A stretch of DNA of 64,000 bases. It comes from Azolla caroliniana (taxonomy: Eukaryota; Plantae; Polypodiophyta). The notes below the pieces were generated by a model. That model saw nothing but the letters and a program-made list of their open reading frames with translations. It searched no databases and was not told the origin of the DNA. The stretch covers positions 32,798,001-32,862,000 of the forward strand of contig JBHGNT010000001.1 in the NCBI GenBank assembly GCA_043228905.1. The letters run 5' to 3'. Position numbers and translations under genes: made by a program. Every line of letters begins with the position of its first letter. Within the stretch, counting starts at the first letter, position 1. Positions 1-15,200 of the stretch are shown here, piece by piece.

Positions 1-3000
1 GTTGCCCATTAGGCATTGTCGGGGCTGAAATATTTTATGTGGAGCCTATTTACATCTAAAAAAACATTGAATGTGAATGGAGTGTCAATGAAGATATCAA
101 CAATCGGCCTTACCATCAATGTATTTTTTTTCTATCTTTTATCGAGGGGATTTATTGCTTGAACAATCATTAATACCTATATTCATATCACATGTTCATG
201 TCATTTGTTATTGTGCATTTCATTGTGAATCCACGGAACATATATCATCGTCCTCCATCACCTAAAATCCAAATTCACGTACATGCGTGGAAAACTTTAT
301 TACTCACCATCATCCATAAATTTCAGCAGTCTCATAATCCAAGTGCCTATATGTACAAAGTCATATCATACCACAATGAAAAGTGATTATTGTGTTGATA
401 TTGCACAACTATGCTAGACAAAAAGAATGTCCACACCTTGGCCCTATCTTTGTCCATGCCTCTATCACAGCGTGTTGTGCTAAAAACATCTTTGGTGTAG
501 ATAAAATTTCCAAGGTCAAGAATGTTTCTTACTATCACTTCACACAATTTGCTCACGTGTAACCTCATAAGTGGAGTGACTTATATCATTATGACGTGTC
601 TCTTGAAACCTTACATACACCCTCATCAAATGATTTCTTGTGGTGGAATTACCTTCCTTTATCCACCTCTACAATGTATAATGAATCCAATAAGATTATG
701 AATAATAGGAATGTTATTGCAAGGTCCATTTTGTTCAATCAATGTAAGTGATTATTACTTGATTTTGTGCTAGAACATTCATTTTGACAAAAACTAGGGA
801 TGAGATGTTTATTCTTGTCGAATGGGCAAATATTTAAAAAAACGTGATCACAAGTTATTTGAATAATTCATAAGAAAATTATAAATATCCATTTCAACAT
901 GTAGGCAATGAACCCAACATAGGTCTATTCCCTAGTACACGTGTGAAATGGTCATTGACAAGAGAGAAAAAATATATGATTGAAACTTGCCTCCATGATG
1001 GGTGTCAAGGGGTTTAATATGAAATATGCGTGATGCATAATAAATAGCTTTCAAGAAAGCTTGTGTCAAGACTAAGAGGTAGCAACATCAAGGTCAAGAC
1101 AACATTAACATCAATTGCATAGTATTCCTATTGAAATGTGAATGTTGGATGTCCAATACATATGCTTGGGATGGCATTACCAAAAATCACAGAAAAGCTT
1201 TGGAGCCCTTCAAAAGGTCTTCAGTATTCACCCAATTCAAAAACATAAAGTAAAGTAAAAAATGTATATTTTCCATTGTCGGCTTTCAAAACAAGTAACA
1301 ATGGGAGGGCTCTAGCATAACTTTACAATGAGTTTGATTGTTTGGTTTTATTAATCCTTAGACTAGCCGTGTCATTCCAGTACAATTTCATTTTATTAAT
1401 TTGCATACTTATTTTAACCATCTGGGTTTACTATGCCTATTTCAATTTGCCAATAGCTCATAAATATACAACACATTCTAATGAGATTTTCAATCTTTTT
1501 AAAATAGCTATACATCCATGGCATACAATGATATGTGTCTTTAGTGGTATACTTGGCACATCCATGACATTACCCATGGGCACATATCTTTACACTCATG
1601 CATTCCATGTGTATCCATATGTCTTTGGAGACATTCCATTACATTAGCCATGGCTTGTTTATACATATACTTATCCATTCACCCCTCAGGATAAGGGATA
1701 ACATAACCAATATCCCTCATAGTTTTATCCACAATGTGTGACTCTTAAAAATAAATGTGTTGTGAGTGTAAATTCCCTAATAAAAAGGTGTTCCGTGTAT
1801 ACTATCTTTTTCTTTTGCAAAGTGAGAGCTTAAATATGTGCATATATCATAAATGTTTTGGGAATGCCACTCACTTATAAGACATTCCTAAATTTCCACA
1901 CATTTTAAAGTTGAGTGGGCATATAATTTAGACATGTGTGGCCATGCTTAATGCCCCACACATCATCCACAACAAGTATGCCCTTCTCCCCATTAATTAA
2001 TTCACAACTCACAAATAAGTTTGTTGATAATCTCCCACTTGACTTGTCAAAATCATTTTGATCTTAAATTATAATTGCATAGAAGCTTGAAAGTCCTATA
2101 ACTCATGAGACATTGTGTATCCTTTCATGTTTAAAAGCCCATCAAAAATACTAAATGTGTACTTACATCAATATGTCATCATATGGCATCATATGTTTCA
2201 CATCATATGTCATCCTAGTAGATGGCATTCTAGGTTATTTTGAGTTCACTACACTTACTCAGTATTACAATCCTGAAGTTTGCCAAGTTGTGGGCAAGTT
2301 TGTCCATATATGTATGGGTTGTCATCTACACTAGTGAGTGATCATACTTGGAGGACATTATTGACATGATGCTTTAGAAAACTAGAATGTACCCTCAATT
2401 TAAGGATTGATTGATTTTCACAAGACCATGGAGTCAATGCATAGTTATGAGGAACTCAAATACAATCAATGTATGGTTTGTGCTTATGTATTCTCCTTGG
2501 GAGAACTCAGAAAAGGATTTGCATGTAGATTATATAGATAGATGGATATATGTACTATCATCAAAGATGAATAGAAATCATGTTGCGTGTCTTTAAAATG
2601 AAACATATTATGTGCTGATTAATAAAAAACTATCTCATCCCAGTTGATGTGACCTACATAAAAAAAAATCAATTCTGGTGAATTGTTAGTTTGAGCTTAT
2701 TAAATTTACCTTCCTTTATATTGGGGACAAAAAATGTTCTTCAAGTGTCACGTTAGTAGTTCTAAATATATTTATTGATACCAAGTTTATAGGTGAAACT
2801 ACCAACACCCATTAATATAACATATTGATAAAAACAGTGAACTAGTGTGCAAGCAATGTTGATAGAATTTTAGATTGTTGATGGGCAAAGCAATGTTAAT
2901 TAATAAAGTTACATTGCAATGGCATCCTCATAAAGCATGGCTGCCAAAGTTACTCTTGTATGCATTCACAGATTGCAGAAGTAAGTAAAGGTGAACTGTG

Positions 3001-3765
3001 ATAATCTCCTTGAAAGCTATAGATTGGGGAAATACTCAATTGCTGGTATTGACAAAATCCTTCAAGAATAATGTACACTTCACAGACTCCATTCCCTTCT
3101 ATCATTAGAATAATGTAGTTCTATAATTCAAAATCATTATACCAACTTGGGTTATCAAACATTAAAATCATGAACTTGTGACATTGCGATTTTGCCATAA
3201 GACACCAAAACATAGACATCTAATTTCATCAACATCTAACCCTAAACCCTAAACCCTTCTTACTCAATTGTAAAAGACAACTCAATGCTGAATAAAACTT
3301 GTTGATTGTTATCTTAACTAATAATTCTTCAGGAGGCAGACACCAAGCCCCCCAAATATGACCCAATTTTCCAATATCATTTCCTTTTTATAAAATGCTT
3401 GCTGCTCTCCATATATAATCATCATTTTAAAAGAGTAATGCATATCATTCAGAAATAATGCCAAGGTCATATAAAGGTATAAAATACAGCATCCCTCAGG
3501 CAAATTTGATAGGAGCTGAGTAAAAATCCGAGTTCATCTCTACTACTGCTATAGAATAAATTAACTTTTTCATGTTGCTTTTCTGGGAGAACATATACAT
3601 CCTTTGGCTAATCTTTCTTAGCCTTGGGTATATAACACTATCGAAGCAACAACCACAATGCTACAAAAGCTTTCCTTTTCTATAATCAAAGCTGAGAAAA
3701 AGAGAAGATATTTTTTTGCGCTCATGATACCCCTTTTGCAATGGATCAGGGTTATATAGAGTTCT

Positions 3766-6700
3766 CTATGCATAGTACATGTACAAACTGTTCAATGCGG
3801 CACAAGCTATTAGGTTTGAGTTTGGATGCCAAGCCAGATGTAAAAGCTTGGCTTTGAAATCAAGATCGCCCATGTTAGCATCTCCAGCAGAACTATCACC
3901 AGCTGGCTTACACATAACCAAATTCATATGAAATGTTTTATCACGTAATTAATTCATAAAAAAATTCTTTTGCTCTCTCTTAAGAATTGAGAATGAAGAA
4001 GACATTAAACTCACACTAATATGTAAAAGCATTGCCCTTACAATTTACTTGTTGAAACATGTATACATACAGATGTATATTACATGCATTCACAATATGC
4101 ATGCACACAGTGCATATTAATTGCTCACCTTATGAACACTTAAAGCACTTCGTCATGATGGAATGGGTCAATTATAATTTCTAATATCAGGAGACAATAA
4201 GGCTTATAGCTTTGAGACAATGGGCTCAAGCCAGATGAGTCAATTATTGATGGTATATACTTCACATTTTTAAAAATTGTGGAAAGTGTACCTTTTTTGC
4301 CTCGCCGCCCAAAACTTGTCAAACTTCTGGAAGCTTTTGCTGGTGTTTGTAAAAACCGCCTTCCAACAAGAAAACCAAGATGTCTTAATAAGATGTAAAA
4401 TCTCCACATGGAAAATGAGACGGAGGACAGATCTCACTCACTTGGTAGGGTGTTTACTAGATTCCAATGTAGTAGCCTCATCGCTACCAGATACAAGTCC
4501 AAAGACACGAAAAAGGTTACTGCAGCATTAAAGACAGTGTCACTTCACAACCCTTGATTGATTCATTTTCGAAGGGGTAAGAGAGGGAAGATTTGTAACC
4601 TATATGATCCTGTCGCTACACGAAGTCCATCACCACTTGGACAGCAGTCAAATTTGTCAAAAATGGAGTCATTTTCATATAAATCACATAGCTGCAACAA
4701 AAATTGGAAATGAGTTTGTTCATCTAGCGTATAAACTCAAATATGCAAGCTCAAAATCACATACACGTATACTTGAGAATTGATTTTAATACTGTTTGAT
4801 CTTGTCATTCCAGGAAACCAAACCTAGTGAAGAGCCCTTAAGTACTAGTTAGTACCTTAGGCACTGATTGCAGCAAGTAACAAACTAGTAATAGGAGATC
4901 AGTTCCCAGTTATGGAATCAAAGGAGATTGTAAATTTTTAATGCCACATGTGAGATCAAACGTAATGATGACAAAAACCAGAAACTAAAATTTTTCAATG
5001 ACAGGCTATTGACAATTCCCTAAAACGGTTAATCCAATCTGAGCTTTAGATATGAAACATATTTTACATGGTTATCTATGGACATCATACCAAACAAAAT
5101 GACAGTCTAAATACTAAACTCAGGACATCTCATTATCATCCCCAAGATTGATACTCTTAATGAAATACTATGGATGATGATTTCCCTCTACAGAAAACAG
5201 AGAAAAGATATTTCACAGCAGACAACTTCTAAGAAAACTTTATGCCCACATGAGCGTATGCACCTTTGGACGAAGATGATCATGTACTTTATATGTTGCA
5301 ATTGGTGATGACTCCATGTTTATGTCCCAAAGCTGTATCACCGAAAAACGTAATACATTGGTCATACTTCTCAGATTTCAACACAACAAAATTCGAAAAG
5401 TTACATCTTGATCCACTCTTTCCTAATAATAACTTTCATGATAAGAAATATCACGGTAACCAAGTAATGATACCAAATGATATCATCACATGAAAAATAG
5501 TTTAACAGATCCAAATCTTAGCACATAACACTCTTTGCAATAGCTGCCACCATAAGGATACCACTTAACAACCTAGAAATAATACCAAAATTTAGCATTG
5601 CATGAAATACAGTTTGACAGATTGAAATTTAAGTGAATTCTTGCAACAATTAGAATAACACCCATTAATTCATTATATGAACTTGTGGTTGGAATTTGCA
5701 CACAAATCCAGCACTCGAGAATGTTTGCCTTATTTGTCTTTCGTGTGAATAATAGAATTTATAGTTAGTCCACTATGCACTAAAAACTGGGGAATAAATC
5801 ACAACTTCTATGATTTTTCAAACTGTGTCATCCTGATTTGGAATCCGACGAATAGTATGTTACCTTTTGTACTGGTTTTTACAAAAAGGGGATACTACTG
5901 TACTTTTGGAAAGATTGGAAATGTTCTTGTTAGAACTCTAGAGACATGGAGAAAAGTTGTTCAAAGACAACAGTATAGCCAAAAAAACCTCATTGACAAA
6001 GAACCATCACAACCTTCTTTAACACCATCAACCCTCCCTCCCATGCTACAGGCCAATCAAGGGCTACAAATGTAGGGCCTTCACCATAACATATGAATGG
6101 GCTCACAATAGATCATGCAATAGTAATTTATCATGCATGTAGGCCACATCCATCTCAAACACAGTTCCATCACCTTTCTTATCTACAAACGAAGGCTATT
6201 ATCTGTTGCAGGCATTACCATAAGGACCAACCGTAAAGGCTAATTTTATTGGTTTAGGGGCAGGATATTTGGGAAAGTAATTATCCTAGAACTTGGGCCA
6301 GAGCCATAAATAAGGACAAATGACACGTGGCAGTCAGGAACCTAAGGAATTGAGCTATATCTACGATAACTATGTTTGATGGTATGGAATGGAGATGGGG
6401 TTTTGTATTCATCTCTTGAGTAGTTGTAGTGGTAGAGTACACTTTTCCTTAACCTTTTCACTGATAGCATATCATTACATTAGCATCTCATTGTAATATT
6501 GTCACCCAACACCAAATGTGTTTTGCTTGCTTCAGAGACCTCTCCACGTTTGTTGCCCTCTGTTTGCAATCTTCCATAGGAAGAAATTTTGGTCCATCTA
6601 CCATGATATACTTAGTTTACAGAAATGTATGGTAACATAGGAAATTCAACTAAACTAGCAATTTTTTCTGGTTTGTTGGCTAACCTTTCAGATGTAATCT

Positions 6701-9700
6701 CTCATTCAGTTTCATCGGCTATATTAGCCTCTTAAGAGACATCCATATATCTTCTCTTTTCAAAATGATGACAACAGATCAAATATCTTAGGGTTTCTGG
6801 TCACTGGATATCTCCATCCTTATTCCTAGTTCCTACCACCTATGGTATCTCAAGATAACAATATGGAATTGAGGGGTGTAGAAGTTTTACTCCCCTTCAA
6901 CCAACTCCAAATGATAACAAGACAAAATATATGAAGTATATGAAAAGTATTAAAATCCTACCGAAGTGTATGAAATCGCATCAACTATTGTTGATGCAAT
7001 TCAATCAAAATGGACTCTTATTATCATCATACTGAATAAGTTAAAATAATGGCAAAAGTTCTGTTTCTAGATAATTATTCTCCTCCATGAGCTATGGGGT
7101 GACAATCCAAAAGGCCCAAAAATTATGTCAATCCTGAAATCAAACAATCGAAGAGTCTGCCACTATTGACACACCGTACGAATTCCACCACAAGACCAAT
7201 GTGACCATTCACACATAACAAATCTCAATGTAAGTTCTCTTCGCAATCTTCAGGGCACAATATTCGGATAATCCATACAGATGACGCACCCCACTCTATA
7301 CATTTCCAGCACAGGAAATTTTATTGCATGTACAAATCAATGGACTTTGTATTTTGAACATAATATTGTTTTACTAATTTGGATGGATGAACAAAATGTT
7401 GAAATTGAAAACTAACCTACCTTGCCTAGTCAAATTTCACGACTTCTTCTTCTTTTACTTTGCTGAACAGGAGGAGAACATATATATTACCTTTAAGGTC
7501 ATATAATCACGACTTAAGATGTACCGACCACCTTTAGGAAACTTGATATCTGAAATGGATGCAATGATTTCCGTGAAAAAAGAACGTGTCCCAGGAGTCT
7601 CTGTCTCCTCAAATCTGTTGATAAAGAGCCAAAATTAAAACTTTGCCATTTCAATCAGGGAGACAGGGCTTATGCACTTATGTGAGTGTATGTGAGGGTG
7701 TCCATATGCGTGAATGCCATGTGATTGCATTTACTTGTTATAGACATGTTTCTTACAACTTCACATGTCGATCACATAGAGCCGACTGTCGCATATCTAC
7801 AAGACGAATCGTGCCTTTGGAGGTGCTGTATGCTAATGTGTTACATTGAATGGGATGGAATTCTGCTGATGTAATGACTTCTGCAAATAGAAAACAGGTA
7901 TTTTACAATGAGATGTCACAATTGTTGGCCTTTAACGAAGTTTGAATTAGACAACTCATTTTACACTCAATGAAGTTTAATTTGTAGAATTAAAATATGC
8001 TATCCTTTTTAACTTTCTGACGTTAAATGCTGTATATCTCTGAAGAATATGAGAACCTATTGCCTGACTCAACAGTAAACATATCACAAACAAAACCAGA
8101 TACTTGAAAGCCTAATCCTTCAGACAAGAAGACACCTGAAAGTGTGCATGATTTGACTAAAAATGATAATTGTGAGAAGCAGCACTGCAATTTGTCATCT
8201 GTCCTATGGATAGGTGGACAGGTGCAACAAACAATGCAACAATGTAGTTTTTCCCAAAGCAGTAGTAATGATTTGGCTGAGAACATCGGCAGCCTCAGAT
8301 TAGAAAGAAAACACTGAACCTAACTTTCCCAAAAAATCCAACCAAAAGTTGCAAACCATAAACATATTCAATGCAGCATCTATATCATAACTATCAGCAT
8401 CACCAAAACCCAAGACAAAGTAGAGGTTCATAAGAAAATCAATACACTATCCCATACGAAAACTTCTCCTAAGAGTGACTTTCCACGAACCATGTAAGCA
8501 AGTACATTATCTAGTATTATAGAAGCACGTGTCATACAGAAAACAATTAATTCTATAGGAAAGGACTGATCAAATCAAAGTGCTTTTCTTTTCTACTGAA
8601 GCAGCTCTCAGCATGCTTTTTACTAAATTTTTATTTTCTCTATCAAGAGGAGAAGGCTACACCTGTAAGATCCTCCATGTTTGTAGGCTTGATGTCAATG
8701 ATGTTAAAGCTTTGGTCACTCACTTCCAAGTTCCAAAGATTTATTCTCAAATCATCAGCAGAAATGTATGTCTCACCATCACTATTAGAATAATCAAGCA
8801 GGAAAAGCTTATCAGGATTAAAACATGGATTTGATATAGGAACTGTGAAGCACAGTAGTGAATTATGTGTGCATTGTGCATGGAAATGTATCATATGCCA
8901 AATGTTTACACCTGTCACCTATGCTAACTGATTCATTGGCAATTATCCAAGGAAAACACATGTTCTCTCTACTCTTTATATTTAGCATATATCAAGTTAT
9001 TCAAAATTCTAAGCTTTACAAAGAAACTGGCACAAAAGGATACTTAGATGCTAGCTTCTGAACTGTGAACCCAGTAGCCAAGCACATGGCTGTTAAGAAT
9101 ATTTCCATTTAATTATGACATCAGTATCACACTAAAGAGAATGCCTAGAAGGTTGAGCTCATATGTGTACGCCTTATTCACACATCGAGACTTCATGCTT
9201 CAAAGTATGAATATCCCTTCTTAGGAAGGAGACACACATCAAGATAACTTTTGTACTTAGGTCCTATGGGTCAATATTGGCCTCTCTAGGACGCTAAAAA
9301 TATGTATCTATCTATCTAGTACAATTATATACTGTCTTATACATCATATAATATTGAAATTTTAACTGAAACCAAAGAAAGTGCATCCAAAATCTACCTG
9401 TTGATTGAAATGGAGTTTATATGATAATCATGAGCATGGGCATAAACTCTCCTACACCTTGCATGGTAAGTTAATTCATTGCTGTAGACCTGTTGAATAC
9501 ATTAGATCATGGCTTGAATAGCAATGTAGACAAAATTCACCTAAACATCAATCAAACATCTATTGAAGTATGTATTTGCATTAATTATTCATATTTGAGC
9601 AAATTTTAGATGGTCAAATATCACTCAGAGCCTCAGAAAAGGTACTACTACCGTGGGTAAACGAAGAGAGCCTACTTTATCGAAGGGAACGTCCACATCA

Positions 9701-12700
9701 CTGATGGAAGAAGCACCACCTAACCGAGCTGGACTGTTATTCATACCCCATGATGCATGACCATTTGGGCTTAGGACAAGGTTGCCACTGCCTAAACTAC
9801 CATTTTCTAAACGACCTGGATCAAGGTTCATTTCATGCATTTTCTTGACCTTCCTTTCTAATACCTGCAATGGTAATCAATGAAGTTTCTGTCAATCAGA
9901 GAAAAATGGCACATAAAGTTGTGTGAATCCAGAAATTGACTTGCAATTAAAAGAGTATGCAGAATTGTCCAAACATCAAATTACTCTCAATCAGGGTATG
10001 AGACTCTCCCTCATCTTAATTCTCTGGATATATATGCTAAAAGAAGACCATGCACTGTTAATGTTGTTTAAACCTTCTTTCAGTATTGCTTCAAGTTAGT
10101 TTTTTAATGCTCAAATTAATTTCTCAAAACAATAAAATGTAGGTTACAACTACATTATGATTTCTTGAGGATCAGTATAAAGGTGGCACAATTAACATTG
10201 AGAAGACCATTTGATGTAAGATCAATTCAAAAGGCACACAGTTTACCATAGCATCAGACCCGGTCACTATATTTTAAAGTGATAAGAACCATGAATCACA
10301 CATAAAGACTCACGGAGCCAGCACCATATAAAAATGTACAAGTGAAAGTTGAATGGTAGTCTGAAAGAAAGACAAAAGGAGGACAAATAAAATCTTTCTT
10401 ACAAAATTCCACCTTCCATAATTTGATTGTTTTATCATTTGTCGAGAGTATAAACAATGCACCATTTGCTGAATGACTCCATCTGATTTTATTTATCTTC
10501 TCCTCGATCTCTAGGCTCTTGAGATAGTCAAACTACCCAAACAAGCAAAGATCTACATTTAGTACCTATTGCAAATAAGGTGAGATCCTATTTGTAAATG
10601 CTTTACTTTATTAAGTACTCCAAAGTTCTGCATGCAATGATAGACATGTGCAAAATGCATGAAAGAAACTAAATGTGTGGGAAAATAGAGTTTATTCCCT
10701 AGGCAGAAATAGGGAAACATGAAGAAAATGTAACTGAATAACACGGAAATATTTGCACAATAGAGATTGCAAGCATATGAGTGTAGTTAAATAACTGAAT
10801 ATGTGGAGGGAAAACCTTACCTCTGTTCAAAGATCATTTATGAGCGTCAACATGCATTCAATACAGGAAATATCGCAATCATTTCTCAATTTAGAAATGA
10901 ATGATGTCATACATAATTTTGTAAAGACAATAATAGAGAACACAACAAACATTAGCTTATGTGTCAATAGCTTGTTTGAACTTTGTAGTAACATGTGCAT
11001 TGCTTGACAATGCATGAGGATATGCACATGAAAGCATGCATACAATACAACAAATATCAGACCATATTTCAATTTAGAATGAATGATGTCATGGATATAG
11101 ATCATCAGGATTATGGCAGAGAAAACAACAAAATAAAGAGAATGACTTGTCATCTGCTTTAATTGACATAAGCACATTAACAGTTGTTTGAGCTTTGTCG
11201 TAGCATGTGCATTCCTTGACAGCACAGGGGGATATACACACAGGCAGTCAATTAACAGGCACATATTTTGCTTTGGTGTCTACTAGCTCCATGATCAAGT
11301 GGAATGAGATTGGAGACAGGTGCGACTTCCAATAAGGAACAAGTGGGCTGGGAAAGGCATTCACAAAATCTACAGAGACAGACAAACAGTGGCTATCCTT
11401 CATGCCAGGACATCAGTTCAATTCACTATGGTTTATATGCCTGATGTGATGATGAAAATCTAGAGATATGCCAGAGTATAGCAAAAAAAAAGTCAGAAAA
11501 CAGTTAAATACAGCAAAAAGGGATGGACCATTTCACCATGATCACCCATACCCTGTTGTACCAGAACAGTCTCCAATGACAGTTCATATTTCATCTTGGT
11601 AACTGAACATTGATGGAATAATATTGCACAACTCTCCCCATCCCTTGTGACCCATGTTAGGCTCCTTGATTAGAAAGACGAGATCAAACCCAAGCAACTC
11701 ATAAAAGCATAAATATTAAAGGTAATGACAAAATCAAAAGCATAACAGTATTGCAGGGAAATAACCATGACCTTTGCAGGAAAACGTTGCTAATCTTAAG
11801 AAACAGCAAAAGAGTTATAGTGGTTCTGTCAAAGTTGCACTCATTTTCATTCACATGAATACAAAATCTATGTAACTCTTGGGGTTCTAAACACAACCTC
11901 GGGTTCATGACTTTGAAATTCGGTTTTATAATGATACTCTGGATGTTTTGTGTTTGACAAATCTGCCCGCTCAAGTTCTTTCCGAGACCGTAACTGCATA
12001 GCACACATGAGAAATGCCATGATTAGATCATGAAGAAATTAGCACACAGTCAGTAGTGATTGTACATAATCGCAATAGATTGATCCAAAGATTTGGAATT
12101 TACATCTTTCCCATCTGATCTTTGAAAAAGGACAACACGACCACCTCGATCTCCAGTTGCCAGATGATCCCCTGTCTTGTCAAATTCAATGGCAGATATG
12201 ATATCCACTGCAAGCAAGTATGTGCACAAAGAGTCACACAACCATAAAAATAAAATGCAGAAGAAAAGCTGAAAGTTCAAAAAAACAACAATTTATTTTT
12301 TTATAGTATGAAGGCACCAAAGGCTCTATCATTGAGAAAGAACAAGAGTGGTGGCAGACAGCCTGCATAGGGAAGCTAGCAACAACAAAAAATAAAGGCC
12401 ACCATCAAAAGAGCTTGAGGATTCCTGTAAAACTAGAAACCACTCAGAAAATCAACAATTTATATTTTCTTTCTTCCTCATTTCATACAGATGCAACATC
12501 TTTACATCAGTATTTTGCAGCCTCACTACTTGACACTCTTGTAATGCTATAGTTATCCTTAACAGAAACCTTTCATTAAGCCATGACAACTACATATTAT
12601 TGTATCAAAGGCAGTCACTCACGCTTGTTTGCAATCATTTTAATTAATCTGGATCCTTATCCTCTAGTTCATTGTCTTTTGCAGGCCCAGTATATATCCT

Positions 12701-13840
12701 TCTCAATTCCCACCCAAATTAAGGAACTACACACAAGGTCCACGCAGAAATCAACAGATGAACGCCACTCCATGTGACTAACTTTACACCCATAATATCA
12801 AAGAACAAGTGTAAACATACACAGGTTGTAAACACAAACCAAAACATCTTCCAACTAAAATTACTTCCATTTTTATTTCATAACAATTGTGGATTGCTAA
12901 TCACTCTCCCATCTGACAGAGTATGCAGACCATCAATGGAACATCGCAATTGCTATTGGCAGCCCCTACGAGATGTTCTATAGAAAATATCTTCCACTGA
13001 AGTCTGTTAGATTGCACAGAGATTTCCAAACTTGTAAGATAAAAGTTTGTCCATCTCATTTGTTATCTTGTGTCTGTATGTGTACATACCATCCATCCCA
13101 TTTGTTATGCTGTGTCTGTATGTGTACATACCATCTCATTTGTTATGTTGTGGTATGTGTAAGCAATATATGTATACATTCTTGTAAAATGGATGTTAGG
13201 ATTATCTCACCCCGTTTGTTATATTCTGTTTGTTAAATTTATTTCACATATTTAGAGAGATTCAGTATTGTATAAGTGTCACATGTATGCCTAACCTTCA
13301 GACATCAACACATCTGAATAACGATTTTAGAGTTTAGGGCTAAGCATATGTTGCATGATTAACCTCTGAAAACATAAGATTCAAATGGTGACGTATAAAC
13401 AGCATATATAAATATAAATGTTGCATTTTTCTTCAATTAAAAAATAAATCTTCACTTTAGATGAGACACTGTCGTAAATATAATGGTCAGCATATACCGC
13501 AGTGGACCAGTCAACAATCTTCCCAAAAGTAATGTCAATTCTAGCTATTTAACTCATATTCTAGATTCATCCATATGCAGTACATAAATCAAGTTACTGT
13601 TCGTTTTCATTATCATCTGTCTATTATGAGATTTTCAATACAAACGGCCTAGATCTCTCTTACTTTTTTATTTCCATGTTTTTTTAGTCACAACTGCACA
13701 CAGAAAGAAAGCATACACCATTTCTTACCATCTTGAACTTCCTCTCCTGCCATTCTTTCACCAAAAACTTGTGAGAATTTCCATTCTGCAGCTTTTGGAA
13801 TGGTTCCTGCTGAAGGCACTCCACCTCCTCCAGAAATCAT
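3766..13840 (-). CDS. Protein phosphatase 2A 55-kDa regulatory subunit B (B55/PR55, WD40), 14 coding exons
   Basis: Spliced by hand with GT-AG introns. Exons: 13729-13840, 12104-12207, 11898-11993, 10413-10532, 9652-9864, 9398-9489, 8663-8781, 7757-7880, 7491-7614, 5264-5332, 4600-4691, 4442-4519, 4292-4359, 3766-3902. Motifs include [98 protein letters not shown] and KLLHLAWHP...NSLYMYYA*. Confidence 0.96.
10880..11222. repeat. Diverged ~190-210-bp tandem duplication in a B55 intron
   Basis: CAATTTAGAA(A)TGAATGATGTCAT and TGTTTGA.CTTTGT.GTA.CATGTGCATT.CTTGACA each occur twice. Confidence 0.6.
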
Positions 13841-14841
13841 TACTCCCTTCTTTATAGAAAACTCTTTATATTAAAAGAGATACTTCCTCTGTTTTGGAGA
13901 ATAACACTTGCTTCTTAACCTACTAAATGTAGATTCTTTATCTGGGTATTCCATATTCCATAACCAGATTTTCTTCTATAAGTTTGCAATAAACATAGCC
14001 AGACTGATTCTTTCTAAATCTGGTGATGTGCAGCACCAGATGTCTTCTGTAAGTTTGCAATTAAAGCTTCTCTGTGACATAATTGGGCTGCCATAGGCAG
14101 CTACGAGTACACTGCATCAACTGAATGAAAAAACTTATTATCTAGACTAGTCTGAGTAGTCCAACAAGTGATGGAACTTGACACTATATATCCACAAAGC
14201 CAAATGTGTGAGCTGCAAAAACAGAATAAAGACTATATGAATGAGATCTAAAGCCAAATAATGCATAAGAAGAAGAAAAACAGTGCTGATATAAATAAGA
14301 CTTGGAGCCCACGATAATAAAAAAAAAGAATAGGATATAAGTTGTAAAAAATACAAAAGAATGATTGGGTACGATGGAGCAGCATTCAAGACTCGTGTTG
14401 CAATTTTTATCTAGCATTATTGAGACTTTTCAGGATTCAGGTTGCAGGATTGCGAAAGGAAACCTGGTTAAATAAGAAATATAAAGAAACAAAAATGAAG
14501 TAGCTGCAAATAATTGAAAAAATGAGTTTTCAATTATAAAGAAACAGGAGCTGGAAAAAAAGGAAGCTGTGTGGGAGTTCTACAGTTTTTACTCTTTGTT
14601 GCAAACCTGTAGAGTCGACTTCGTAAACCAGGGTGGAGGAGCGAAAAAAAACAAAAAAAGGCAATATCGGAAAGCGCAGAGATTACAAGATGATGAGAAT
14701 GAAGAAGCAGAAGAATATTTTACGAAAGGAAAAATCCGAAGGCAAAATCAAAGGAAAAAAGGCACACGGCAATAAAGAGAGAGGAAGAAAGGGGGGGGGG
14801 GGGGGGGGGGGGGAGTTGCAGAGAAAAGAAGGAGCCCATAC

Positions 14842-15200
14842 CTCAAAAAAGACGTTCCTTTCTCTGGTTACCTTCTTCTTTGTCTTCTTTCTTCTGTCAA
14901 ATTTGATCGTTCGCTTCTGTCTCCCTGCTTCATCTGCTGCTTTCTCTGCATGTTCTGGTCCTGGTTCGGGTTCGGGTTCGGGTTCTGTTCTGGTTCTCTG
15001 AGGCTTTTGGGTAATGATACTTTTTTCTCTCCTCTTATGAGAGAATGAGGAGATGATGATGTGGTTGAGGTTGAGTTTGGGCTGGGTTTTCATGAGAGCT
15101 ACTACTGCTATCTATGGTTATGCATTGGTGGCCATAGTATGTACATACAAGAATCAAATTTCATTGGGTTTTCATGAGCTTACTAGTGTCTATGCTATGG
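14842..15200 (-). promoter_or_regulatory. Probable non-coding first exon and proximal promoter of the B55 gene
   Basis: Minus-strand donor GAG|GTATGG at 14842/14841, a purine-rich leader with (GAACCC)n, and a candidate acceptor TTTTTTCATTCAG ending at 14121. The TSS cannot be determined from sequence. A second copy lies at 29902-30260. Confidence 0.5.

Noticed and set aside
1-2600. AT-rich region that may be decayed transposon sequence
   Set aside because: No identifiable domains, termini or TSDs by eye.
3236-3257. Plant telomere-type (CCCTAAA)n
   Set aside because: Only about three units. Such short interstitial motifs are common.
14569-15093. Low-complexity ORFs at the B55 5' end (similar ones at 52773-53826 before the kinase)
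   Set aside because: They are translations of simple-repeat-rich promoter and UTR sequence.
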